Position numbers and translations under genes: made by a program
From: Syntrophomonas sp. DTU018
Lineage (GTDB): Bacteria > Bacillota > Syntrophomonadia > Syntrophomonadales > Syntrophomonadaceae
Assembly (NCBI GenBank): GCA_001513155.1
Contig: LFSR01000042.1
Location: 16,961 to 80,960 of the forward strand
Length of the DNA stretch: 64,000 nucleotides
Reading direction: 5' to 3'
The notes under the pieces: generated by a model
Databases searched by the model: none
Told to the model about the DNA's origin: nothing
The model's input: the letters and a program-made list of their open reading frames with translations, nothing else
Shown here: positions 50,577 through 59,501 of the stretch, piece after piece
Numbering within the stretch: position 1 is the stretch's first letter
Layout: every line of letters begins with the position of its first letter

Positions 50577-51755
50577 CTAATCCCTCCCTATTATTGTGGC
50601 GATGCCCATGCCTCCCCCGGTACAAGCAGTGGCCAGTCCATAACGGCTTCCCCGTCTTTGCATTTCATAGACCAGCGTAGTCATGAGCCGTGCACCGGTG
50701 GCACCCAAAGGGTGTCCCAAAGCAATGGCTCCGCCATTTACATTCAAACGATTTCTGTCCCAGCGCAGCCCCCGCTCTACAGCCAGGGTCTGGGCTGCAA
50801 AAGCTTCGTTGCACTCGATAAGATCAATTTCATCAAGGGTTAAGCCGGCTTTTTTCAAGGCCAGGTTGACTCCCAATACTGGTGCTTCTCCAAAATAGGC
50901 GGGCTCCACCCCGCCAACGGCAAAACTGACAATCCGGGCCATGGGCTTGATGCCCAACTCCCGGGCTTTCTCGGCACTCATCAATACCAGGGCTGCAGCC
51001 CCATCATTCATACCGCAGGAATTGCCGGCAGTAACAGTACCATTTTTCTTGAATACCGCCGGCAGCTTGCTCAGACCCTCCAGGGTAGTATTGGGGCGGG
51101 GATGTTCGTCAGTGTCAAAGATACGTGCCCCTTTGCGGTTGTTTACGGTCAGAGGCAGGATTTCATCCTTGAAAACTCCCATTTCAATAGCTCTTTGGGC
51201 TTTGTACTGGCTTTCCAGAGCAAACAGGTCCTGTTCTTCCCGGCTGATATTATATTTCTCTGCCAGAAGCTCAGCTGCCCCGCCGGCGGTCAATCCAGTT
51301 TCATGATCCCGCAGGGTGGCCGCCGCATCATCGATTAGCTGGGCGTCTCCAAATCGCAATCCCCAGCGGGCATTATACAGAGAATAGGGATAATCGCTCA
51401 TGTTTTCTACCCCGCCGGTTACCACGATGTGGGCTTCTTCCGCCATGATCATCATAGCTCCCAGGTTAATAGCCTGCAGGCTGGAACCACATTGCCGGTT
51501 TACTGTAAAGGCCGGCACTTCCACAGGTATACCCGCCCGCAAGCTGGCTTCTCTGCTGACATTGAGACATATGGCAGGAGGGTTCACATTGCCGAAGATG
51601 ACCTCATCCACTTGTTCAGCCTTTATACCTGCCCGTTTGACGGCTTCGGCAATTACTGCTGCTCCCAAGCGGTGAATGGGGAACCCGGTTAAGCTGCCAC
51701 CAAAAGTTCCCACCGCCGTGCGTACCGCACTCACAATTACGGCCTGGTTTGCCAT
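50577..51755 (-). CDS. Acetyl-CoA C-acetyltransferase (thiolase II type)
   Basis: [10 protein letters not shown] (Cys nucleophile), [15 protein letters not shown]. Confidence 0.92.
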   Translation of the reverse strand: MANQAVIVSAVRTAVGTFGGSLTGFPIHRLGAAVIAEAVKRAGIKAEQVDEVIFGNVNPPAICLNVSREASLRAGIPVEVPAFTVNRQCGSSLQAINLGAMMIMAEEAHIVVTGGVENMSDYPYSLYNARWGLRFGDAQLIDDAAATLRDHETGLTAGGAAELLAEKYNISREEQDLFALESQYKAQRAIEMGVFKDEILPLTVNNRKGARIFDTDEHPRPNTTLEGLSKLPAVFKKNGTVTAGNSCGMNDGAAALVLMSAEKARELGIKPMARIVSFAVGGVEPAYFGEAPVLGVNLALKKAGLTLDEIDLIECNEAFAAQTLAVERGLRWDRNRLNVNGGAIALGHPLGATGARLMTTLVYEMQRRGSRYGLATACTGGGMGIATIIGRD

Positions 51756-51767
51756 TTTAACTCCTCC

Positions 51768-53063
51768 TTAAATAAAGTAGGCCTTCTTCGCTTCAAAAGT
51801 AAGCTGGTCTCGGAAATCGGGGTGAGCTATAGCAATCAAGCTTTTAGCTCTGTCCCAGAGATTCATGCCCTTCAACTTGGCTACACCGTATTCGGTAACC
51901 ACATAGTTGGTATCGTAGCGAGCAGCGGTTACGAAGGATCCGTACTTTAAGTGAGTTACTATTTTGGATACCAATCCATCTTTGGTTTCCGCTACTGATT
52001 CAAAAGCTATAATGGTCTTGCCTCCCCTGGAGCGATGTGAACCGAGCACGAAATCAGCCTGCCCTCCAGTGTGGGTATACTGCTTGGGCCCAATGGATTC
52101 AGCACACACTTGGCCGGATAAATCTATTTCGATGGCACTGTTGATGGAGATGAGCTTATCATTCTGAGCAATAATGAAGGGATCATTAACCAGGTCGCAG
52201 GGATAAAAATGCACGGCCACATTATTGTCCAGCCACTCATAGAGGGCTTCGCTGCCCAGGGCAAATGTAGCTACCGATATATCAGGCATATAAGTCTTCT
52301 TCCGGTTAGTGATTACCCCCTGTTCATGCAGCCACATAGCTCCGTCGCCGAACATTTCCGTATGCAAACCCAGATCTTTCTTATTCCCCAAGGCGTGAGC
52401 CACCGCATTGGGAATACCGCCGATTCCCAGCTGAAGGCAGGATCCATCTTCTATCAAATCGGCTATATACTGGCCTATTATCTTTTGCTTCTCGTTGGGC
52501 GGGGGACTGGGTAAAGCAGGAAGGGGGTGAGTTGCTTCAACTATAGCATCTATTTCGCTGATATGGAGGAAGTTGCGACCAAAGGTGCGGGGCATTTTTT
52601 CATTAACCTGAACAATGATCTTTTCCGCATACCGGGACAAGGGCATTATATAATCACAGGATAGACCCATACTGAAGTACCCGTTTTTGTCCATTGGAGC
52701 CACCTGTAACATAACAGCCTGATAATGGCGGTTATATTCAGGGAAACGAGGTACTTCGCCCAAACGTCCAGGAGTGTAAACATATTTTCCCTGTTGCACA
52801 CCAGCTCGCTGAACCACGCAATAGCTGTAATCCAAGATGAAGGGGTCTTCTCGATCCATAGTCATCATCTCAGTGGGATACACATCTACCACGGTGAAAA
52901 GTTCCACCCGGGTAAACTCATCCTTACGGCGGGCCAGGGCATTAATCAGTACCGGCGGCTGCCCAACTGCCACTGGAACAGCTACTGACCATCCATCCTG
53001 GATCATCTTGACAGCCTCGTCAGCGGACATAAGTTTGCTTTTATACAACTCCTTTAGGTTCAC
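51768..53063 (-). CDS. Acetyl-CoA hydrolase/transferase-family CoA-transferase (intact paralog)
   Basis: 431 aa, collinear with the split gene downstream. Confidence 0.85.
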   Translation of the reverse strand: MNLKELYKSKLMSADEAVKMIQDGWSVAVPVAVGQPPVLINALARRKDEFTRVELFTVVDVYPTEMMTMDREDPFILDYSYCVVQRAGVQQGKYVYTPGRLGEVPRFPEYNRHYQAVMLQVAPMDKNGYFSMGLSCDYIMPLSRYAEKIIVQVNEKMPRTFGRNFLHISEIDAIVEATHPLPALPSPPPNEKQKIIGQYIADLIEDGSCLQLGIGGIPNAVAHALGNKKDLGLHTEMFGDGAMWLHEQGVITNRKKTYMPDISVATFALGSEALYEWLDNNVAVHFYPCDLVNDPFIIAQNDKLISINSAIEIDLSGQVCAESIGPKQYTHTGGQADFVLGSHRSRGGKTIIAFESVAETKDGLVSKIVTHLKYGSFVTAARYDTNYVVTEYGVAKLKGMNLWDRAKSLIAIAHPDFRDQLTFEAKKAYFI

Positions 53064-53128
53064 TCAGCTTACCTCCCTTCACTTTATTAATCTCTATGCA
53101 TAGAAATGGAATTTCACGCTTGGCAAAG

Positions 53129-53144
53129 TGCAATTCTCATGCCA
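53129..53144 (-). promoter_or_regulatory. Sigma-54 (-24/-12) promoter for the 53063 operon
   Basis: The minus strand reads TGGCATGAGAATTGCA, with GG and GC at canonical spacing, 66 nt upstream of the ATG. Confidence 0.75.
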
Positions 53145-53417
53145 GACCACTAGCCTTTAGATTTACCAGCTTGAGGAGGATGGGATTTCAGCAAAACTGC
53201 CAAAACAGCAAATTTCCATCTTGTTACCCGAATGAAGTTGTAGAAATACCTGCAGTTGGCGGTTTTTGCATTATTGCCGAACCGGTTGCAGGAAATGAGA
53301 ATGGACTTGTTTGTGCCAATTTTCTCTAAATTCAGAATTATTACTTTTGCAATATCACCGTATACTATTAGTAAAACAGCCTAAGATCCGTTATGGGGGG
53401 TTGCGGAAAGGGGAGAG

Positions 53418-54812
53418 GTGATTAATGTGAATATCGAGCGGATCATAACCGATATTATTGAGAAAAATCCTCATATTGCCGCTATCATTGTTGATCGGAA
53501 TGGCATTATACGTTTCATCAACGATACCTATCTAAAAGCACTTCAGATGCCTCAAGACCAGGTACTCGGTCAGAATATCAGAAATGTAACACCTGATTCG
53601 CGCACCCTTAAGTCAATTGAAACCGGACGTTCCTACATTGGCTACAATTGGAGCATCCACGGACGTCAAGGAGTAGCCTGTTCAGTTCCGCTTTTTGAAA
53701 ACGGCGAAATAATAGGCGCCTTTGCTTACAGCATTTTCTTGGATATCTGGGATAAAAAACTGCGAGATCAAGTGTTGAGCGGCATCATCAGTAACAGCAG
53801 CAAGGACTCCTATGTAGAGGCATTTAAAACCCGTTACAGTTTCGATTCCCTGATCGGAAAAGACCCTGGTTTTGTCAATCTCAAGTGTGTTGCCCAGAAT
53901 ATTGCCTATCACGACAATGTAACGGTACTGATCACCGGGGAAAGCGGCACCGGGAAAGAACTGTTTGCCCAGGCCATTCATGAAGGCAGCAATCGCCGGG
54001 CTTTTCCTTTTGTTCGGGTAAACTGCGCTAGTATACCTCACAATCTTATGGAGTCGGAGCTGTTTGGGTATGAAGAAGGCGCCTATACCGGGGCACGCAA
54101 GGGCGGCAAACCGGGTAAACTGGAACTGGCCAATAACGGAACAGTTTTCTTCGATGAAATCGGAGAACTGCCACTATCCATGCAGAGTAAACTGCTGATA
54201 TTTTTGCAGGAACGAGAATTGGAAAGGCTGGGATCCAATCGTCCCATACGCTTAAACGTACGCATCATTGCCGCCACCAATCGCAACCTGGAAAAGATGA
54301 TGCATGAGAATAAATTCCGCGAAGATCTCTATTACCGGCTTAATGTTATTCGAATTGAAATTCCGCCCCTGCGTTTGCGCAAAGGGGATATTCCCCTGCT
54401 GGCTCAACATTTTATAAAGAAAACCAACGAAAAGCTGTGCCTGGATATTGAACAAATGTCCGACCAGGCTATGGAATTACTGATGCAGCATTCCTGGCCC
54501 GGCAATGTAAGAGAATTGGAAAATGTTATTGAAAGAGCCATGATTCTAGCTGATCTGGAGGACATGGCAGTGATAATGCCCCGGCATTTGTCATTTACTC
54601 CCGCTCAGGTACCCCAGCGATGGGAGGAAGAGGAGGACGAGGATTCCATTGAAATCAAAGATCTGAAAACCTTGGTCAATGAATTTGAAAAAAAGGTTAT
54701 ACTGCAAGTATTGCGAGATACCAAGGGGAACAAAATTGAGGCTGCCAAATACCTGAATATCAATTTATCCTCTCTTTACCGGAAAACTAAAAAGTATAAT
54801 ATAGATTTCTGA
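53418..54812 (+). CDS. Sigma-54-dependent transcriptional activator (PAS-AAA+-HTH)
   Basis: GESGTGKE Walker A, ESELFGYEEGAYTGA (GAFTGA-type loop), C-terminal Fis-type HTH; GTG start. Confidence 0.92.
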   Translation: MINVNIERIITDIIEKNPHIAAIIVDRNGIIRFINDTYLKALQMPQDQVLGQNIRNVTPDSRTLKSIETGRSYIGYNWSIHGRQGVACSVPLFENGEIIGAFAYSIFLDIWDKKLRDQVLSGIISNSSKDSYVEAFKTRYSFDSLIGKDPGFVNLKCVAQNIAYHDNVTVLITGESGTGKELFAQAIHEGSNRRAFPFVRVNCASIPHNLMESELFGYEEGAYTGARKGGKPGKLELANNGTVFFDEIGELPLSMQSKLLIFLQERELERLGSNRPIRLNVRIIAATNRNLEKMMHENKFREDLYYRLNVIRIEIPPLRLRKGDIPLLAQHFIKKTNEKLCLDIEQMSDQAMELLMQHSWPGNVRELENVIERAMILADLEDMAVIMPRHLSFTPAQVPQRWEEEEDEDSIEIKDLKTLVNEFEKKVILQVLRDTKGNKIEAAKYLNINLSSLYRKTKKYNIDF

Positions 54813-54894
54813 TAAAAAGAAAAGAAGCTACAGCTTTTTGATGCCATAGCTCCAAGATAATAATGGGCAGAGGATGTGAAGATATTGAATAATT

Positions 54895-56068
54895 TCAGGC
54901 TAGTATTTTTTCTTCTTTCCAACGGATTATTTCTTCCCGGGAATAACCAATTTCCTGGAGAATAGCTTCAGTGTGCTCTCCTATTTCGGGAAATACCGGT
55001 TTGACTACCGCAGGGGTATGAGACAGTTTTATAGCACATCCGGTTAACACCATGTTTTTGCCGCTTCCCTGAACATCCTCCATTATGATCACCATGTTGC
55101 GGTCCCTGACTTGAGGATGCTGGATCATTTCCTCCAGATTAAGCACGGGAGTAAAACATATATCCTCATCAGCAAAGTAATCCACCCATTCCTGCTGGGT
55201 CCTGCCAGCCATTATAGCTCTGATGTCAGCCAGTATTTCCTCCTGGCGGGTACTATCCCATTGATAGGGTATATATTCCGGCCGGCCAATCCTTTCACAG
55301 AACCTCTGCCAGAACTTGGCTTCCACTGCTCCCAGGCTGACATATTTCCCATCAGCAGTGGCGTAAATTTGATAGCAAGCATAACCACCGGTGATAAATT
55401 CTCCATTACAGAGCGGCAGCCGGCCCAGGCCGGACCACTCTGCCAGACTATAGGCCAAAAGACTTATAGCCCCATCCAGCATGGCTATATCACAATACTG
55501 GCCCCGGCCGATTTTTTCCCGGGCCAATAATGCCAGCAGAATTGCACTGACAGCCTGCAGGGAACCACCGGCTATATCGGCAATCTGAACCCCAGACATG
55601 CCCGGCTGGTTTCTGGTGCCGGTTAAGCTGGTAACCCCTGCCAGACTCAAATAGTTTATGCCCGGCAGCATACTGGAGAGGTCCGCTGTGTCCATAACCG
55701 CTTATGGAACAATAAATCAGCCGGGGATTTATCTTGGAGAGGGTTTCATATCCCAGGCCTAATCGTTCCATAACCCCGGGCCGGAACTGTTCAACAATCA
55801 CGTCCGCATGCTGGGCCAGCCTTAAAAATATTTCCTTGCCGGTTTCTGATTTCAGATTAATTGCCACGCTCTTTTTGCCTCTATTCACTGCGTAAAAGAT
55901 AGCACTCTTGTCGCCTATTACCGGATAAAGCTTTCTTCCCCATTCACCGCTGAGCTCTTCTATTTTGATTACCTCAGCCCCGAAATCAGCTAATATCTGG
56001 GTACAAAAGGGTCCCGGCAGATACATGGACAAATCTAATATGCGGATTCCTTCCAGGGGCAGTGACAT
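54895..56068 (-). pseudogene. Family III (CaiB/BaiF) CoA-transferase with a frameshift
   Basis: The N-terminal ORF (55490-56068) is family-typical up to SISGYGHSGPLQYAAGH. The family sequence then continues in another frame (INYLSLAGVTSLTG...IADIAGGSL in ORF 54895-55695). The break lies near 55655-55663. Confidence 0.75.
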
Positions 56069-56100
56069 AATTATTCCCCCTTTGCTGAAGAGTAACCAGG

Positions 56101-56511
56101 CTAGTCATCGAAACTGAATACGGGGCGAGCTAAGGCTCCGCCGGAAAACATATCTCCCGGGTATACCCGGCTGCCCAGTTTGACCCGTCGGCCAATAATA
56201 TCGAAAGTGATTTTTTCTGGTTCCATGTCGATGAGGTTGCCCATTATCCAAGGCCCTTCATCCAGCTGTACCATCACGATAGTAAAGGGGAGCTCATTTT
56301 CCCGTCCCTGAGGCGCCACATAACTGGTGGTAAAGGTGACGATTGACCCTTTGCCGCTCAGTTCCACGATTTCCAAGTCCAGTCCGGAACACTCCTGGCA
56401 GCTCATTTTCGGCGGACAAGTAATGGCTCCGCAGGAGTTGCATCTCAAGCCCAGCAGCTTGCCTTTGCGCAGCGCTTTATTGTATTCCTTAAAGGGCAGT
56501 CTGTATTCCAT
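56101..56511 (-). CDS. DUF35 OB-fold/zinc-ribbon protein (thiolase partner)
   Basis: Zn-ribbon CNSCGAITCPPKMSCQEC followed by an OB-fold. Confidence 0.85.
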   Translation of the reverse strand: MEYRLPFKEYNKALRKGKLLGLRCNSCGAITCPPKMSCQECSGLDLEIVELSGKGSIVTFTTSYVAPQGRENELPFTIVMVQLDEGPWIMGNLIDMEPEKITFDIIGRRVKLGSRVYPGDMFSGGALARPVFSFDD

Positions 56512-56526
56512 ATAGCATCCTCCTTC

Positions 56527-57699
56527 CTATACCTGCACTACCAGGTGACAGAGACATCCATCGCCACCCAGGGTATCAACCAATCCGGTACGGGCCCCTT
56601 CCACCTGCAGACCATAGTCAACCATCTCATTGCGGAGTTGTTTGCAGATGTGATAAAGCTGGGAAATTCCGGTAGCTCCAACCGGATGACCTTTGGCTTT
56701 AAGACCTCCGGAAATGTTGATGGGAATCTTGCCCTCAATCCTGGTCTCGCCTTTCATCCAGGCTTCCCCGGCCGTGCCGAACTCGAAAAAGCCCAGGCTT
56801 TCAGCGGCTATTAAGGAAGCAATGCTGAAGCAGTCGTGCAGTTCGCATACATCTACATCCTCAGGCCCGATGCCGGCCATTTTATAAGCCTGCTGCACCG
56901 ATATCTCCCGGGCTCGGATACGGGGCAGCCAGCGATACTGGGAACTTAACTTCCCGGAGGTGGCTAAACCCACACCGGTGATCCAGCATGGCTTATCATA
57001 TATCTTTTTAGCTACTTCTTCCGTCGCTAACACCACTGCCGCTGCACCATCAGTGAAGGGACAGCAGTCGTGGAGTTGCAGAGGCGTAGATACCATAAAG
57101 CTGTTCAGTACATCCTCCACCGTTATTTCAAAACGCAGCTGTGCCAGCGGGTTTTTACTGGCATAGTGATGGGACTGAACCGATACGTGAGCCATTTGCT
57201 CCTTTAATTTGGGCAGAGGAATATTGTAGTGACTGGCATATAGATGAGCTAACAGGGCAAAGGCAGCCGGGAAGGTATAGCCGGAAGGAAATTCATAGCG
57301 GGAATCTCCAGCCATGGAAAAACAGCGGGTAGCCAAAGGAGTTCCCAAAGCAGTTACTTTCTCTGCCCCGGCCACCAGAACAACATCATAGTGACCGGCC
57401 GCTACGTGCAGAAAAGCTTCCCGGACGGCAATAGTGCCGGAAGCACATGCTCCTTCATAACGCAGGGCAGGTATATTCAAACACCCCATATCGTTAACGG
57501 CAAACTGCTGGATGGTAGCCTGCCCCTCAGACATGATTGTCAGGCAATTGCCGATAAAAGCGGCTTGAATATCCTTAGTCGTCAAGTTGGAACTGGTAAT
57601 AGCATCGAGGGATACTTGTGCCAGCATTTCCACCACAGTAAGGGGTGAATTAAAACAAAATTCACTGTGCCCCATACCTAATACGGCAACTTTTCTCAT
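56527..57699 (-). CDS. Thiolase-like (SCP-x type) protein
   Basis: Thiolase fold with YEGACASG nucleophile region and GHPVGATG; adjacent to DUF35. Confidence 0.85.
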   Translation of the reverse strand: MRKVAVLGMGHSEFCFNSPLTVVEMLAQVSLDAITSSNLTTKDIQAAFIGNCLTIMSEGQATIQQFAVNDMGCLNIPALRYEGACASGTIAVREAFLHVAAGHYDVVLVAGAEKVTALGTPLATRCFSMAGDSRYEFPSGYTFPAAFALLAHLYASHYNIPLPKLKEQMAHVSVQSHHYASKNPLAQLRFEITVEDVLNSFMVSTPLQLHDCCPFTDGAAAVVLATEEVAKKIYDKPCWITGVGLATSGKLSSQYRWLPRIRAREISVQQAYKMAGIGPEDVDVCELHDCFSIASLIAAESLGFFEFGTAGEAWMKGETRIEGKIPINISGGLKAKGHPVGATGISQLYHICKQLRNEMVDYGLQVEGARTGLVDTLGGDGCLCHLVVQV

Positions 57700-57752
57700 T
57701 ATTCATGTCCTCCTTTCCCAGTAGGGATGACCTATCAGTCACTCACGGGCCT

Positions 57753-58898
57753 CTATTTAAGCCCCAAGCCACGGCTGATGATCAGCTTCATTATTTCTGA
57801 GGTGCCCGCATAGATGGTTTGCACCCGGGCATCCACAAACAGCTTGGATATCTCGTATTCCGAACAGTAACCGTATCCTCCGAAGAGCTGCAGACACCTG
57901 GTAGCAACCCGGTTAACCATCTCGCAGATCCAATATTTGGCCATGCTGACTTCCTGGACCACGTTTTTGTTGGCCATATGCTGCAATATCAAGGCATCCA
58001 CAAAAGTTCGGCCAATTTGGATCTCGGTGGCTAATTCCGCCAGGCAAAACTGGGTATTCTGAAAACTGCTTAAGGGCTTGCCAAACACTTGCCTTTCCTT
58101 CACATACTGCAAAGTAATCTCCAGGCAGTGCTCGGCTACCGCCTGATTAATCATGGCAGCTACCAGTCTTTCCTGCTGCAGCTTCTGCATCAGGTAATAA
58201 AACCCATAGCCTTCCTGCCCCAGCAGGTTCTCAGCGGGTATGCGGCAGTCTTCGAAATAAAGTTCCGCCGTATCCTGGGCATGCATACCGATCTTGGGAA
58301 TGGGTTTGCTCCGTTCAAACCCTTTAGTGCCTGCTTCCACAACAAACAGGCTGACTCCGCGAGCCCCTGCCTGCGGATCGGTTTTAGCCGCTACCACAAC
58401 CAAATCGGCCAGGATGCCATTGGATATGAAGGTCTTGGAGCCATTCAAGACATAGCTGTTTCCGTCTCGCACAGCACGGGTACGCATAGCTGCCAGATCT
58501 GAACCAGCATTTGGCTCGGTCATGGCAATAGCCAAAATTTTTTTGCCGCTGACACAGTCAGGCAGCCAGCGCATTTTCTGCTCCTCGGTGCCAAAAGAAT
58601 CTATATAGGGTGCAACAATATCACTGTGCAGGAAGACGAAAAACCCGGTTAAGTTCAAACGAGCTATCTCTTCACCGATAATCAACGAATAAAGAAAATC
58701 CGCTCCTGTCCCTCCATATTTCTCATCTACCCAGGGACATAAATAGCCCTGTTCCCCCATCTTCCGATAGGCGTCCCTATCAACAATGCCGTTTTTCTCC
58801 CACTCAGGATATTTGGGTGCTATTTCTTTTTCTAAAAAGCTGCGAAAGCTTTTGCGAAACATTTCATGCTCAGCCGTAAACGGCAGCATACGTTCCAT
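57753..58898 (-). CDS. Acyl-CoA dehydrogenase
   Basis: ACAD motifs (AMTEPNAGSD, GGYGY, IYAGTSEI). Confidence 0.92.
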   Translation of the reverse strand: MERMLPFTAEHEMFRKSFRSFLEKEIAPKYPEWEKNGIVDRDAYRKMGEQGYLCPWVDEKYGGTGADFLYSLIIGEEIARLNLTGFFVFLHSDIVAPYIDSFGTEEQKMRWLPDCVSGKKILAIAMTEPNAGSDLAAMRTRAVRDGNSYVLNGSKTFISNGILADLVVVAAKTDPQAGARGVSLFVVEAGTKGFERSKPIPKIGMHAQDTAELYFEDCRIPAENLLGQEGYGFYYLMQKLQQERLVAAMINQAVAEHCLEITLQYVKERQVFGKPLSSFQNTQFCLAELATEIQIGRTFVDALILQHMANKNVVQEVSMAKYWICEMVNRVATRCLQLFGGYGYCSEYEISKLFVDARVQTIYAGTSEIMKLIISRGLGLK

Positions 58899-59016
58899 CT
58901 TACCCCTCCTTCCTAAATGGCATTTTCAGCAATTCAACTCTGGGGAAAATTAAAATGCAATTGCGGCATTGATCAGAGCATGTTGGAAGTTGAACTGCAT
59001 TTCTGCCCTTGGCAAA

Positions 59017-59032
59017 CGCAAACATTATGCCA
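59017..59032 (-). promoter_or_regulatory. Sigma-54 (-24/-12) promoter for the ACAD operon
   Basis: The minus strand reads TGGCATAATGTTTGCG with canonical GG-N10-GC spacing, about 120 nt upstream of the ATG. Confidence 0.65.
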
Positions 59033-59259
59033 GTCCCTAAGTTGCCGAAACTCCGGGCAGTTGCCGGCAGGAAGCAGGATTTATAATGGCAAGTCTGCAA
59101 AAAAACAAAGGGATAGGTTGTAAAGACAGGCCTTCTGATAGCAGTACAGGAAATCTCAAAAGTAAAAATTGAATTTTGCAGAGAAGATAATTAGGGCATG
59201 GTTCGAAAAAAGGGATTAAAGGGCTCAAAAAAAGCTGCCCCTTGTTTAAGAGGCAGCTT

Positions 59260-59412
59260 GAGAGTGTCAAAAAATTAGCTAAAAGAGATCGCCACGTCGC
59301 TTCGCTCCTCGTGATGACATAACCAAAAGGCCATCTTATGTGTCATTGCGAGCCCCGGAGGGGTGTGGCAATCTCGAACGTCTAACCGCTAAAAGACTTC
59401 TTTGACAGTCTG
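59260..59412 (-). mobile_element. 153-bp ORF-less element (second near-identical copy) flanked by a 28-bp duplicated hairpin
   Basis: The reverse complement differs from 31123-31274 at about 8 positions. Core units lie at 59285-59319 and 59341-59375. Flanking direct repeats AAGCTGCCCCTTGTTTAAGAGGCAGCTT occur at 59232-59259 and 59413-59440. Confidence 0.9.
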
Positions 59413-59501
59413 AAGCTGCCCCTTGTTTAAGAGGCAGCTTATCGAATACTAAGATAGTATATAAAAGGAAACCGGAGTTACCCTTGGGTATCCCGGCGGA
59501 C

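Noticed and set aside
53256-53270. Plus-strand TTGGCGGTTTTTGCA as a sigma-54 promoter for the activator gene
   Set aside because: The GG-to-GC spacing is 8 nt instead of 10.
53303-53318. Minus-strand TGGCACAAACAAGTCC as a second -24/-12 promoter
   Set aside because: There is a good -24 box but no TTGC-type -12 element at the required spacing.
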